A stretch of DNA of 64,000 nt. Origin: Gammaproteobacteria bacterium (GTDB lineage Bacteria; Pseudomonadota; Gammaproteobacteria; Steroidobacterales; Rariloculaceae). Within the stretch, counting starts at the first letter, position 1; each line of letters starts with the position of its first letter. Position numbers and translations under genes: made by a program. The stretch covers positions 2,220-66,219 of the forward strand of contig JAJDWR010000044.1 in NCBI GenBank assembly GCA_022825505.1. The letters run 5' to 3'. Below are positions 45,948 to 56,131 of the stretch, in pieces. The notes under the pieces were generated by a model, which was given only the letters and a program-made list of their open reading frames with translations, was not told the DNA's origin and ran no database searches.

Positions 45948-48591
45948 CGATCCGGCCGGGAACGTAGATCGAGCGGCGAATCTCCTTGCCGCCGATGTGC
46001 CGGGCCACGTTCGCGTCATCCCTTGCGATGGCCAGCGCCTGCGCTTCGGTGGCCTCCACCGGCAGGGCGACGCGTCCCCGCGTCTTGCCGTTCACCTGCA
46101 CGGCCACCTCCACGGTCTCGCTGCGCAGGAACTCGTCCCGCGCCTCTGGCCAGGCAACGTAGGCCAACGAGGCATCATGACCCAGCCGCTGCCACAGTTC
46201 CTCGGCCAGGTGCGGCGCCAGCGGCGCCAGGATCAACACGAATTGCCGCGCCACATCCCGCGGCATGGTCTCCCACTTGCTCGCAGTGTTGGTGAACTCC
46301 ATGAGCGCGGCAATGGCGGTATTGAACCTCAGTCCTTCAATGTCCTCGGTGACCTTGGCGATGGTCCGGTGCAGTGCCCGGGACTGTTCGACGGTGGGTT
46401 CGCAGTCGCGGACCGAGTCCTTCAGGCCGCTGCCGTTGCCCGAGTCGGTCAGCATCCGCCAGACGCGGTTGAGAAAGCGGTAGGTACCCTCCACGCCCCG
46501 TGTGTTCCAGGGTTTGACCTGCTCCAGCGGGCCCATGAACATCTCGTAGAGCCTGAAGGCGTCGGCGCCGTAGCGTTCCAGAATCTCGTCGGGATTGACG
46601 ACGTTGCCCCGGCTCTTGCTCATTTTGTGGGCCCGGGAATCCACCCGGATGTCCGGGTCCCCGCGCAGCACGAAGTGCTCGCCCTGCTTGACCACGTCCC
46701 CCTCGCTGACGGTCGTGCGCTGCACGTCCGCCCCGGAGCGCGTGTCCCGGCCGCCGCGAACGAACTTTGCGGACACCGGGCGGCCGGCCTCGTCGTCGAA
46801 GCGCGTGTATTCCAGTTCCCCGAGGATCATGCCCTGGTGGACCAGCCGGGCGAACGGCTCCGGCGTCGAGACCACGCCGGCGTCGTGGAGCACCTTGTGC
46901 CAGAAACGGGAGTAGAGCAGGTGCAGCACGGCATGCTCCGCCCCGCCCACGTAGAGGTCCACCGGCATCCAGTAGTTTTCCAGTTCCCGGTCGACCGGGG
47001 CCTCCTTGTTCTGCGGATCGATGTAGCGCAGGAAGTACCAGCAGGAGCCGGCCCACTGGGGCATGGTGTTGGTCTCCCGCCGCGCCGTTCGGCCAGTAGC
47101 GCTGTCGACCGTCTCCAGCCAGTCCCCGGCGTTGGCCAGGGGGCCTTCGGCCGTGCCGCTGGGCTCGTAGCGGTCCAGTTCCGGCAACTCCACCGGCAGG
47201 TCGCCGTCGTCCACGGTCTTCGGTTCGCCGTCGACGAAGATGACCGGGAAGGGTTCCCCCCAGTACCGCTGCCGGGAGAACAGCCAGTCGCGGAGCTTGT
47301 AGTTGACCCTGCGCTCGCCGTGGCCCTGTTCTTCCAGCCAGTCGATCATCCTTGCCTTGGAGTCGGCCACGTTGAGGCCGTTGAGAAAGCCGCTGTTGAT
47401 GGAAGGGCCTTCTCCGAGCCAGGGCCCCTCGTGGTCCGGCGGCGGCTGCACGGTGCGCACGATGGGTAGCCCGTAGGCTTCGGCGAACTCCCAGTCCCGC
47501 TCGTCCTCGGCGGGCACGGCCATGATGGCGCCGGTGCCGTAGGCCGCGAGCACGTAATCGGCCACCCAGACGGGAATCTTCTCGCCGGACGCCGGGTTGA
47601 TGGCGTAGCCGCCGGTGAAGATGCCGGACTTGTCCTTTTGCAGTTCGGTGCGCTCCAGCTCGCTCTTGGTTGCGGCGGCCGTGCAGTAGTCCTCCACCTG
47701 CTGACGCTGGGCATCCGTGGTGATGGAATCCACCAGCGGATGCTCCGGCGCCAGTACCATGTAGGTCGCCCCGAAAAGCGTGTCCGGACGCGTAGTGAAC
47801 ACCCGGATGCCGCCTTCGCCGCCGGTATCGCCCGCGGCGTCCGAGCCGTGGGTGTGGCCCGCGCCGCCATCGCCGCCGGCCAGCGGGAACTCAAGCTCCA
47901 CCCCTTCGCTGCGGCCGATCCAGTTGCGCTGCATCTCCTTGGTGCTGTCCGGCCAGTCCAGGTGGTCCAGCCCCTCCAGCAGCGCCTCGGCGTAGGCCGT
48001 GATCCTCAGCACCCACTGGCGCAGGGGCCGGCGAATGCAATCGAAGCCGCCCACCTCGGACTTGCCGTCGATGACCTCCTCGTTGGCCAGCGTCGTCCCA
48101 AGCTCCGGGCACCACCAGACCGGCTTTTCCTCCTGGTAGGCCAGGCCGCGCTCGAACAGTTGCTTGAAGATCCACTGGGTCCACCGGTAGTAGCCGGGAT
48201 CGGTGGTGTTGATCTCCCGGCTCCAGTCGTAGGAGAAGCCCAGCGACCTGAGCTGGCTGCGAAAGCGCGCCACGTTGCGCTCGGTGGTGGTACGCGGATG
48301 GGTGCCGGTGCGCAGCGCGTACTGCTCGGCGGGCAGCCCGAAGGCATCCCAGCCGATGGGGTGCAGCACGTTGAAGCCCCGCATGCGCTTGTATCGGGCG
48401 ATGATGTCCGACGCCGTATAGCCCTCGGGATGGCCGACATGGAGCCCGTCGCCGCTGGGGTAGGGGAACATGTCCAGCACGTAGTACTTCGGCCGGGACC
48501 GGTCGACGTCTTCGGGCACGCGAAACGTCTGGTGGCGGTCCCAGTACTCCTGCCACCTGGCTTCGACCTCTTTGAACGGATAGGCGCTCAT
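45931..48591 (-). CDS. leuS: leucine--tRNA ligase
   Basis: ATG 48591 inside ORF 45931..48726 gives MSAYPFKEVEARWQEYW..PYPSGDGLHVGHPEGY.. (HIGH) and ..KMSKSRGN.., 886 aa. Its 3' end overlaps lnt convergently by 17 nt. Confidence 0.96.
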   Translation of the reverse strand: MSAYPFKEVEARWQEYWDRHQTFRVPEDVDRSRPKYYVLDMFPYPSGDGLHVGHPEGYTASDIIARYKRMRGFNVLHPIGWDAFGLPAEQYALRTGTHPRTTTERNVARFRSQLRSLGFSYDWSREINTTDPGYYRWTQWIFKQLFERGLAYQEEKPVWWCPELGTTLANEEVIDGKSEVGGFDCIRRPLRQWVLRITAYAEALLEGLDHLDWPDSTKEMQRNWIGRSEGVELEFPLAGGDGGAGHTHGSDAAGDTGGEGGIRVFTTRPDTLFGATYMVLAPEHPLVDSITTDAQRQQVEDYCTAAATKSELERTELQKDKSGIFTGGYAINPASGEKIPVWVADYVLAAYGTGAIMAVPAEDERDWEFAEAYGLPIVRTVQPPPDHEGPWLGEGPSINSGFLNGLNVADSKARMIDWLEEQGHGERRVNYKLRDWLFSRQRYWGEPFPVIFVDGEPKTVDDGDLPVELPELDRYEPSGTAEGPLANAGDWLETVDSATGRTARRETNTMPQWAGSCWYFLRYIDPQNKEAPVDRELENYWMPVDLYVGGAEHAVLHLLYSRFWHKVLHDAGVVSTPEPFARLVHQGMILGELEYTRFDDEAGRPVSAKFVRGGRDTRSGADVQRTTVSEGDVVKQGEHFVLRGDPDIRVDSRAHKMSKSRGNVVNPDEILERYGADAFRLYEMFMGPLEQVKPWNTRGVEGTYRFLNRVWRMLTDSGNGSGLKDSVRDCEPTVEQSRALHRTIAKVTEDIEGLRFNTAIAALMEFTNTASKWETMPRDVARQFVLILAPLAPHLAEELWQRLGHDASLAYVAWPEARDEFLRSETVEVAVQVNGKTRGRVALPVEATEAQALAIARDDANVARHIGGKEIRRSIYVPGRIVNFVV

Positions 48592-48800
48592 GGTTGTCTG
48601 CGAATGTTGGTCGAAACCTCGGTCGTTGCGGGAACTGTCGCGGGAAGCCGCAGGATTGCGACGGATCATCTTTGCAAACTCCGCTAGAATCAAGGCCCAT
48701 GACTCTACCCGCCGCGCAACCTGCACACCAATCGCCCGCCGAATCCCCGGAATGCGTCGCCGGTTGGATAGCCGTCCTGTGTCAGGCGGTCTTCCGCCCC

Positions 48801-49355
48801 ATGTGGCGGCGCGCCCGGCGCGGGTTGCCGGGCCGCCGGTTTCGGGCGGCGCTGCTGCCGGCTGCGCTGGCCGTCACGGCGGCGGGCTGCGGATTCCAGT
48901 TGCAGGGTGCCGGGGTCCTGCCGGACGTGGTGGCCACCACCTACGTGGAGGCGCCGCAACGCTTCAGCGAGTTCCACACCCGCCTGACCGATGCGCTCGC
49001 GGCCCAGGGCGTCGAACTGACCGAATCGAGGGACGAGGCGGGCGCTGTGCTCAGGATCATGGAGGACACGACGGGTCAGCGCGTGCTCTCCGTATCCGCG
49101 CGCAACACCCCGCAGGAGTACGAGGTCTTTTACGCGGTCGGAATCACGCTGGAGGCCGGTGGCGCCGCCCTGATCGACAACGAATTCCTGGTGGCGACCC
49201 GCAGCTACAGCTACGACCCCACACAGGTCCTGGGCATGTCCGCCGAAGAGCAGGTGCTGCGGGAGGCCCTGGCCGAGGATCTGGCGCGGCGCGTGCTCCG
49301 GCGCATCGCGGGTGTGCAGGCGGTAGCCGCGCGTGAAGTGAGTTCGTCGCCGTAG
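48801..49355 (+). CDS. lptE: LPS-assembly lipoprotein LptE
   Basis: ATG 48801 gives the lipoprotein signal MWRRARRGLPGRRFRAALLPAALAVTAAGCGFQLQG, the typical LptE N-terminus. Adjacent to leuS. Confidence 0.7.
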   Translation: MWRRARRGLPGRRFRAALLPAALAVTAAGCGFQLQGAGVLPDVVATTYVEAPQRFSEFHTRLTDALAAQGVELTESRDEAGAVLRIMEDTTGQRVLSVSARNTPQEYEVFYAVGITLEAGGAALIDNEFLVATRSYSYDPTQVLGMSAEEQVLREALAEDLARRVLRRIAGVQAVAAREVSSSP

Positions 49356-49391
49356 CGCGGCCAGGCGCTTAAGCAAGAGGGAGGATTGGAT

Positions 49392-50381
49392 ATGCGTTCA
49401 ATTGCCGGAACGCTGTTGGCCGGACTGTTCGTACATCCCCTGACGGCGAGTGCGCACCACTCGCCCGTGACGTTCTACGACCTGTCCCGAACGACGGAGA
49501 TCGAGGGTGTCGTCACCGGCATATCCCTGCGAAATCCCCATATCCGGATCACGCTCATGGTTGACGGCGGCGACGGGAACGCTGCGGAGTGGGAGGTCGA
49601 AGGGGACACTTACAACAACCTGAGACGCAGTGGCTTCGATGAAGCGTCACTGGCGATCGGCGATCGGGTCCGCGCGGTGGGAGCGCCGTCCCGATTCGGC
49701 CGCAACGAGATCGTGCTGACGCGGCTGTCATCCAGTGCCGGCGATGAAGTGCTAATCGACGGCCTGGCAACGCTTTCGGGTTTCGGGGGCATCGACTCGG
49801 GCGACGAGGCGGAGCTGAGGGGCATATTCCGAGTCTGGGTCAACGGTGGCCGGATACACGGATTGCGAGAGCCGCTGTCGGTGACGCCGCCCGCCGAAGC
49901 CGCAAGGGCAGCATGGGACCCGCTGGCCGACGATCCCAGCCTGCGCTGCGAGCCGCCCGGCATGCCGAATGCCAATCTCAACCCCTATCCCATCGAGTTC
50001 GTGGACGAAGGCGACCGAATCATCCTCCGAATCGAGGAGTGGGATACCGTCCGGACCATTTACCTGGACCCGGATGCAGTCGACACTCCGCAACCGTCGC
50101 GGCTGGGTTACTCCGTCGGCCGTTGGGAGGACAGCACGCTGGTCATCGACACGACCCACGTGGACCATCCCCTGCTGGACGACGAAGGAACGCCCATGAG
50201 CGACCAGGCTCGCATTGTGGAGCGCTATACGTTGAGCGAAGACGATACCCGGCTCGATTACGAAGTCTCGGTGACCGACCCGGTGTACCTGCTGGAACCC
50301 GCCGTCTGGACCGCGGTCTGGGCCTGGGAACCCGGCGTGCGGATCGAGCCCTTCGAATGTACCGTGGGAAGCGGGGAATAA
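49392..50381 (+). CDS. Secreted protein of unknown function (N-terminal DUF6152-like domain plus lipocalin-like C-terminal domain)
   Basis: Signal peptide then AHHS..FYD...EGVVTGISLRNPH.. GGGAGG lies 8 nt upstream of ATG 49392. The track start 49386 is a TTG too close to the SD. Confidence 0.55.
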   Translation: MRSIAGTLLAGLFVHPLTASAHHSPVTFYDLSRTTEIEGVVTGISLRNPHIRITLMVDGGDGNAAEWEVEGDTYNNLRRSGFDEASLAIGDRVRAVGAPSRFGRNEIVLTRLSSSAGDEVLIDGLATLSGFGGIDSGDEAELRGIFRVWVNGGRIHGLREPLSVTPPAEAARAAWDPLADDPSLRCEPPGMPNANLNPYPIEFVDEGDRIILRIEEWDTVRTIYLDPDAVDTPQPSRLGYSVGRWEDSTLVIDTTHVDHPLLDDEGTPMSDQARIVERYTLSEDDTRLDYEVSVTDPVYLLEPAVWTAVWAWEPGVRIEPFECTVGSGE

Positions 50382-50439
50382 TCGGCTGCGTGCAGCCGCC
50401 GCCTGCCGAATTCGCTCCGGTTTCGGCGTAGCGGCCCTT

Positions 50440-51504
50440 CTATTCGACCGGACTCTCGATCCACCGCGCCAGGTAGACGTCGGTTTCCCCGGGTTGTCCC
50501 TGGTTGCGGTTGGAGCCGAAGGCGAGTTGTCGGCCGTCCGGGGAGAACATCGGGAAGCCGTCGAATCCGGGCGTGAATGTGATGCGCTCCAGGTTCGCGC
50601 CGTCCACGCCAACCGCGAACAGGTCGAATTCCCGCCCGGCGGGGTCGTGGTGGTTCGAGGAAAAGATGATCCGTTGCCCGTCGGGAAAGAAGAACGGCGC
50701 GAAGTTGGCGCCGCCAACGTGCGTGACCTGGCGCGGTTCGGACCCGTCGCCGTTGGCCACGAAAATCTCCAGTTCGCCGGGCCGCACCAGTCCTTCGGCC
50801 AGCAGAGCCCGATAGTCCTCGAGTTCCGCTCCCGAGGGCCGTGACGCCCGCCACACGATCATCGAGCAGTCCCGGGAGAAGAACGCCCCGCCGTCGTACC
50901 CGGGCGTGTTGGTCAGGCGTCTCACGTTCGTGCCGTCGGCATCCATGCGGTAGAGGTCGAGATCCCCGTCGCGGGTGGAGGTAAAGACGATGGAACCGTC
51001 CACCGGACAGACGGTGGCTTCGGCGTCGTAGGCTTGCGTGTCGGTCAGGGCGACGAGGTCCGTGCCGTCCGGCGCGGCGCTGTAGATCTGATAAGTGTCG
51101 TAGATCGGCCAGACATAGCCCTGCGAACGGTCGGGGGGCGCCGGGCACTGGGCGTCGGCGGCATGGGTGGATGAGAAGATGACCCGCTCTCCGTCCGCCG
51201 TGAAGTAGCCGCAGGTGGTGCGGCCCCGGCCCGTCGAAACCAGGGTCAGCGCGGCGGGATCGGAAACGGACATGCGATAGATCTGGTCGCATTCGTAGGG
51301 CGCGCGGTTGGACTGAAAGACCAGTTCCGATCCATCCGGCGACCAGTAGGCCTCGGCATTCTCGGCGCCGAAGGTCAATTGCCGCACGTCGCTCAGGCGC
51401 GTCTCGCGCCCGTCGTGAAGCGTGCCCTGGGCGTTGGCGGCGAGGGTTGCCAGTCCGGCGGTGCTCAAGGTCGCGCAGAGCGAAAGGCGAATCGTTTTGT
51501 TCAT
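50440..51504 (-). CDS. Periplasmic TolB-like beta-propeller (PD40/WD40-like repeat) protein
   Basis: Signal peptide. Repeated ..SPDGxxxxFxS.. / ..DGxxxxRLT.. / ..DIY.. PD40-type blades, 354 aa. Confidence 0.75.
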   Translation of the reverse strand: MNKTIRLSLCATLSTAGLATLAANAQGTLHDGRETRLSDVRQLTFGAENAEAYWSPDGSELVFQSNRAPYECDQIYRMSVSDPAALTLVSTGRGRTTCGYFTADGERVIFSSTHAADAQCPAPPDRSQGYVWPIYDTYQIYSAAPDGTDLVALTDTQAYDAEATVCPVDGSIVFTSTRDGDLDLYRMDADGTNVRRLTNTPGYDGGAFFSRDCSMIVWRASRPSGAELEDYRALLAEGLVRPGELEIFVANGDGSEPRQVTHVGGANFAPFFFPDGQRIIFSSNHHDPAGREFDLFAVGVDGANLERITFTPGFDGFPMFSPDGRQLAFGSNRNQGQPGETDVYLARWIESPVE

Positions 51505-51635
51505 CGCGGGATGGTCTCCGGTATCGATCAGTGGGGATTGTACGGACTATCCTCGCGCCCAGCCTCGCTCGGGAAGCGTGCTGCTGGGCGGACTGGTCGA
51601 CCTTGTGGGTGCTTGCTCAGACGAAAGTTGCCGGC

Positions 51636-51953
51636 TCACGCCACTTCGCGGGGGCGAATGGCGCGCAGGACATCTGCCTTGTCTCGCGCGACGATGTCGA
51701 GTTCGTATCGATCCTGAAGGTTCAACCAACTCCGGGCGTCGGTGCCGAAGTATCGCGCAAGACGCAGGGCGGTCTCGGCGGTGATCCCGCGGCGGCCGCG
51801 AACAATCTCGTTGACCCGGGCCGGGGTCACTCCGATCGCCCTCGCCAGCGCGGTGGCGGACAGTCCAAACGGGTCCATGAAGTCGTGTTTCAGAATTTCG
51901 CCGGGATGAATCGGTTCCAGTCGGGTCATCCTTCCATGCTCCTCGAACGGCAT
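51636..51953 (-). CDS. higA: HigA-family antitoxin (XRE HTH)
   Basis: ..PIHPGEILKHDFMDPFGLSATALARAIGVTPARVNEIVRGRRGITAETALRLARYFGTDARSWLNLQDRYEL.. The start overlaps the higB stop (ATGA context). Confidence 0.88.
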   Translation of the reverse strand: MPFEEHGRMTRLEPIHPGEILKHDFMDPFGLSATALARAIGVTPARVNEIVRGRRGITAETALRLARYFGTDARSWLNLQDRYELDIVARDKADVLRAIRPREVA

Positions 51954-52231
51954 CAGTGATAGTCGACAATCTCAGCGTCGTAGGCGTCCCCACCGTCAAA
52001 GCGGAAACACAGCCGCCACTGGTCGTTGATTCGGATGCTGTAACAGCCCTCACGGTCGCCACGCAGAGCCTCAAGCCGGTTTCCGGGCGGCACTCGCAGA
52101 AAGTCGAGCGTCGCAGCCGCATCCAATTGGGCAAGCTTGCGGCGGGCAACCCGCTCGAAGTTGACAAAGCGCGGCACGCGTTCACCGCCAGCAAGGCGTT
52201 CGGTATCCTTGCAGCGATACGATCGAATCAT
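51953..52231 (-). CDS. higB: HigB-type (RelE/ParE superfamily) toxin, 'plasmid maintenance system killer' family
   Basis: MIRSYRCKDTERL..LRVPPGNRLEALRGDREGCYSIRINDQWRLCFRFDGGDAYDAEIVDYH. Start at ATG 52231 (the track start 52240 is TTG). Confidence 0.85.
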   Translation of the reverse strand: MIRSYRCKDTERLAGGERVPRFVNFERVARRKLAQLDAAATLDFLRVPPGNRLEALRGDREGCYSIRINDQWRLCFRFDGGDAYDAEIVDYH

Positions 52232-52245
52232 CCAGCGCAATATAT

Positions 52246-52261
52246 CGCATATCGATATGCG
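52246..52261. promoter_or_regulatory. Perfect 16-bp palindrome CGCATATCGATATGCG upstream of higB (likely HigBA autoregulatory operator)
   Basis: Exact reverse-complement symmetry read from the sequence. Lies 15 nt upstream of the higB ATG in a locally AT-rich stretch. Confidence 0.5.
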
Positions 52262-52368
52262 GAATCCAATTGCCTGTTGCTGGCGGGGAGAATCTCGATC
52301 TCCGAATCAAGAGTGCGGAGGGTGTTCCCGCTGTTGTGACCGGCGCCGATCCCGGTGAAAATACCGCC

Positions 52369-53139
52369 ATGCGAATCCTCAGCTGGAACGTCAACGGGTT
52401 GCGTGCCTGCGTCCGCAAGGGCTTTCACGACTTCCTCGACTCGTCGAAAGCGGACATCATCGGCCTGCAGGAGGTTCGTGCGTTCGAACACCAACTGGAG
52501 CCCCGCACCCGTGCCCCGGAAGGGTGGCATGCCGCCTTCTCCCCGGCGGAACGGCCCGGCTACAGCGGGGTCGCAATCTATTCCCGCCAGCAGCCGACCC
52601 GTATCGAGACCGCGCTCGGGGAGCCGCGCTTCGACGCCGAGGGCCGGCTGATCATCGCGCACTTCGGACGGATGGCCGTCGCTTCGGTCTACTTCCCCAA
52701 GGGCAGCGGGCGCGACCGTGACAACAGCCGCGTTCCCTACAAGCTCGACTTTTATGCTTCAGTGTTCGACCGGATCCAGGTGCTGCGCCGCCGCGGGCCG
52801 GTCTACGTGATCGGCGACTACAACACGGCCCACGAGGCCATCGACCTGGCCCGGCCGAAGACCAACACGAAGGCCAGCGGATTTCTGCCGGAGGAACGGG
52901 CCGAGATTACCCGGTGGCTCGATGCGGGCTGGGTGGACACATTCCGCGCCCGCCATCCGGATGCGCCGGACCACTACACCTGGTGGCGGCAATGGGGCGG
53001 TTGCAGGGAGCGGAACGTAGGGTGGCGCATCGACTACGTGCTTGCGTCGCCCGGCGCCAACAAGCGCGTCACCGACGCCTTTATCTGGCCCGACGTGATG
53101 GGGTCCGATCACTGTCCGGTGGGGGTCGACCTGGAGTGA
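52369..53139 (+). CDS. xthA: exodeoxyribonuclease III
   Basis: ATG 52369 inside ORF 52270..53139 gives MRILSWNVNGLRACVRKGF..IGLQEVR.. and C-terminal ..GSDHCPVGVDLE, 256 aa. Confidence 0.93.
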   Translation: MRILSWNVNGLRACVRKGFHDFLDSSKADIIGLQEVRAFEHQLEPRTRAPEGWHAAFSPAERPGYSGVAIYSRQQPTRIETALGEPRFDAEGRLIIAHFGRMAVASVYFPKGSGRDRDNSRVPYKLDFYASVFDRIQVLRRRGPVYVIGDYNTAHEAIDLARPKTNTKASGFLPEERAEITRWLDAGWVDTFRARHPDAPDHYTWWRQWGGCRERNVGWRIDYVLASPGANKRVTDAFIWPDVMGSDHCPVGVDLE

Positions 53140-53164
53140 TTTCGGGAATTTGGTTGTGCGGGCC

Positions 53165-53309
53165 GCGAGGGTGTGTGCGGACAGCCCTCGCCCGCTAAAC
53201 TTTGCCCGCCATCCCAGGCGGGCTCAGATCGGCGCTCGGCGCTCCTGGCCGTCCATGGCCCCGCGCCGAGCACACGACGCGGGCGAGGGCTGTCCGCACA
53301 CACCCTCGC
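53165..53309. repeat. Palindromic intergenic repeat, family copy 5
   Basis: 30-nt arms gcgagggtgtgtgcggacagccctcgcccg (53165-53194) and cgggcgagggctgtccgcacacaccctcgc (53280-53309) are exact reverse complements. Conserved core. Confidence 0.9.
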
Positions 53310-53350
53310 TCGGGGAGTGGTACGCGTTCCCGGACTCGTCTGCCGCGGAA

Positions 53351-54097
53351 TCAGGTCGCGAGCGCGGCCTTCGGATCGCCGCCAAGTTCACGGAGGTAGT
53401 CGTCATAAACGGCTTCAAGGGGATCGGTACGAGCTTTTTCCACGAGCCTGGCGACCGGGGGGAATGCTTCGAGCGATCGCGCATATTCCCTGACCGGTTC
53501 CGCGACGGGAATGCCATAGGTTCGAAAGCGCGTCAGCACCGGAAAGTACATCGCGTCCACAATGCCGAAATTGCCGAACAGGAACGGCCCGCCGGAACGG
53601 TCGAGGCATTCGCTCCAGATTTCGAAGACTCGCGAGATGTCTTTCCGCGTCGCGTCGCTCGGCGCATGGTCGGGAACGCGGCCGAAGAGGTGGCAGGATA
53701 GTTCGCCGCGCATGGCCAGGAACCCGGTGGCCATCTCACAGCTCACGGCGCGGGCCTGCGCGCGGGCCAATGTATCGTCCGGCCAAAGGCGGGCGGCGGG
53801 GAATGCCTCGGCCGCGTATTCGCAGATGGCCAGGGATTCGTGAATGGGCGTGTTGTCCACCCAGAGCGTGGGGAAAAGGCCGTGAACGCTTCCGAGCGCC
53901 CGCCGCTCCGCGAGTTGCGAATCCTCGATGGTCACCAGGTTGCCTGATGTGTCTTCCGGGTCCCCTTGCCGGCGAACATCGTCAAGTTCGACCGTTACGG
54001 TTTCGAAATCAGCTCCGGCATGAGTGAGCACCAGCCACGGGCGCATGGACCACGACGAGTATCGCAGACTGAGACAGATGAGCCTCAGGCGGGGCAT
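53351..54097 (-). CDS. glutathione S-transferase family protein
   Basis: 248 aa. Thioredoxin-like N-terminal domain (..LSLRYSSWSMRPWLVL.., ..HESLAICEY..) and helical C-terminal domain (..FLFGNFGIVDAMYFPVL..). Confidence 0.7.
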   Translation of the reverse strand: MPRLRLICLSLRYSSWSMRPWLVLTHAGADFETVTVELDDVRRQGDPEDTSGNLVTIEDSQLAERRALGSVHGLFPTLWVDNTPIHESLAICEYAAEAFPAARLWPDDTLARAQARAVSCEMATGFLAMRGELSCHLFGRVPDHAPSDATRKDISRVFEIWSECLDRSGGPFLFGNFGIVDAMYFPVLTRFRTYGIPVAEPVREYARSLEAFPPVARLVEKARTDPLEAVYDDYLRELGGDPKAALAT

Positions 54098-54115
54098 CGC
54101 GCGGACTTCAAGTCT

Positions 54116-54586
54116 CTATAACCGCGTGGGATTCGGCGCATCCCCGTACACGGCCTCGGGATCGAACACTTTTTCGGACTCGGTGAATTCGAGTTCGAAA
54201 GGCTTGTCCCCGCTGCCGACAGGAACGCGGCGGTAGAAGCACGACCGATAGCCGACGTGGCAGCTTGCCCCGCCGCTGACATCCGCCCTGAGCCAGATGC
54301 AGTCCTGATCGTCGTCGATCAGCAACTCCCTGACCTTCTGCACCAGGCCGCTGGTGGCGCCCTTGTGCCAGAGCACGCGGCGGCTTCTGCTGAAGTAGTG
54401 GGCTTCGCCGGTTTCGATGGTCAGGCGGAGGGCCTCCGCGTTCATGTAGGCGTGCATCAGCACTTCGCCGGTGGCGTGGTCCGTGGTCACCGCCGGAATG
54501 AGTCCGTCGGCATCGAATTTCGGGGCCAGGTCCGTGCCTTCCTCGACCTGTTCGACGCTGCGCCTGGGGCTGAATTCGCCGCTCAT
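54116..54586 (-). CDS. hisI: phosphoribosyl-AMP cyclohydrolase (monofunctional HisI)
   Basis: ATG 54586 inside ORF 54116..54697. ..[77 protein letters not shown].. Confidence 0.9.
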   Translation of the reverse strand: MSGEFSPRRSVEQVEEGTDLAPKFDADGLIPAVTTDHATGEVLMHAYMNAEALRLTIETGEAHYFSRSRRVLWHKGATSGLVQKVRELLIDDDQDCIWLRADVSGGASCHVGYRSCFYRRVPVGSGDKPFELEFTESEKVFDPEAVYGDAPNPTRL

Positions 54587-54690
54587 GATGATCCCGTTTC
54601 CGGATGAATTGGCGAGATTATATGCCACCGGCGGAGCATTCTTCCTTGGTATCATGGGCGCCGCCCGCAGGCGGGCTGAATCGGTCCCGG

Positions 54691-56109
54691 ATGGCACTTC
54701 ACCTTCACAACACCCTCACACGCACTCGCGAACGCTTCGAGCCCCAGGATCCGGAGCGGGTGACCATGTACGTGTGCGGGCCCACGGTCTACAGCTTCGC
54801 GCACATCGGCAACGCCCGTCCGTGCGTGGTGTTCGACGTGCTGGCGCGGCTGCTGCGACGCTCCTACGGGCTTGTCTACGTTCGCAACGTCACGGACGTG
54901 GACGACAAGATCAACGAGGCCGCCCGGGAGGAAGGCGTGCCCATCGGCGTGCTGACGGCGCGGTACCTGAAAGCATTTCACGAGGACATGGGGTCGCTTG
55001 GCGTACTGCCGCCGGATGTGGAGCCCAAGGCCACCGAACATCTGTCGGATATTGTCATCCTGGTCGAACAGTTGCTCGAAGCCGGACACGCCTACGTGGC
55101 AGACGGCCACGTGCTGTTTTCGGTACCCAGCTTCGACGACTACGGTGCGCTGTCGGGGCGCTCCCAGAAGGATCTCATCGCCGGCGCCCGGGTGAAGGTG
55201 GAGTCGTACAAGCGCAACCCGGCGGACTTCGTGCTCTGGAAGCCCTCCGCGGCGAACGGCGTCGGCTGGGACAGCCCCTGGGGCTACGGCCGGCCGGGCT
55301 GGCACGCGGAGTGCTCGGCCATGGTGCAGGCGCACCTGGGCGAGACCATCGACATCCACGGCGGCGGCCTGGACCTGATCTTTCCCCACCACGAGAACGA
55401 GACCGCCCAGAGCACCTGCGCCTACGGGGTGCAGCGCTACTGCCGCTACTGGGTGCACAATGGGCTGGTGGATGTGCGCGGCGAGAAAATGTCCAAGTCC
55501 CTGGGCAATGTGCTGCTGGTCCGCAACCTCCTCGACGAGGCGCCGGGGGAGGCGGTGCGACTGGGACTGCTCACGGCCCACTACCGTCAGCCACTGGACT
55601 GGAACGCCGCGGTCCTGGAAGACGCGCGGCAGAAGCTGGACAAGATGTACAACGCGCTGCGCAATGCCGGCGTCACCGGCCCGGCGGCGGACAATCCCGA
55701 TACAGGCCAAGCAGCCTGCGAACCTGAATCAGGCCCGCCGCAAGGCGTGCTCGAGGCCCTGGAAGACGATCTCAATACGCCCAGGGCGCTGGCGGAGTTG
55801 TTCGGACTCGTCCGCCAACTCAACAGTGCATCCGATCCGGCAGCGCGCAACCGGCTCGCTCGATACCTGCGAGCCGGCGGATGGCTGCTGGGGCTGCTGC
55901 AGGATGATCCCGAGACCTGGTTCACCGGGGACCGCACCGCGGACGACCCCGGCGACGAGTGGATCGACGCCAGGGTCCGGGAGCGCGAAGCCATGCGCCG
56001 AGCCCGCAACTTCGCCGAGGCGGACCGCATTCGCGACGAGCTGGCGGAAATGGGTATCCTCATCGAGGACAGCGCCGAAGGGCCGCGCTGGCGGCGGGCG
56101 CGAAAGTGA
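54691..56109 (+). CDS. cysS: cysteine--tRNA ligase
   Basis: ATG 54691 inside ORF 54604..56109. ..[19 protein letters not shown].. (HIGH-type), ..GWHAECSAM.., ..KMSKSLGN.., 472 aa. Confidence 0.95.
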   Translation: MALHLHNTLTRTRERFEPQDPERVTMYVCGPTVYSFAHIGNARPCVVFDVLARLLRRSYGLVYVRNVTDVDDKINEAAREEGVPIGVLTARYLKAFHEDMGSLGVLPPDVEPKATEHLSDIVILVEQLLEAGHAYVADGHVLFSVPSFDDYGALSGRSQKDLIAGARVKVESYKRNPADFVLWKPSAANGVGWDSPWGYGRPGWHAECSAMVQAHLGETIDIHGGGLDLIFPHHENETAQSTCAYGVQRYCRYWVHNGLVDVRGEKMSKSLGNVLLVRNLLDEAPGEAVRLGLLTAHYRQPLDWNAAVLEDARQKLDKMYNALRNAGVTGPAADNPDTGQAACEPESGPPQGVLEALEDDLNTPRALAELFGLVRQLNSASDPAARNRLARYLRAGGWLLGLLQDDPETWFTGDRTADDPGDEWIDARVREREAMRRARNFAEADRIRDELAEMGILIEDSAEGPRWRRARK

Positions 56110-56131
56110 GGCGAACGGGGAGGCGGGGCGC

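Noticed and set aside
48660-48700. Promoter-like TTGCAA ... TAGAAT between leuS and lptE
   Set aside because: The hexamers are only 7 nt apart, and the alternative -35 TTGCGA is 23 nt away. Neither spacing is compatible with a sigma70 promoter.
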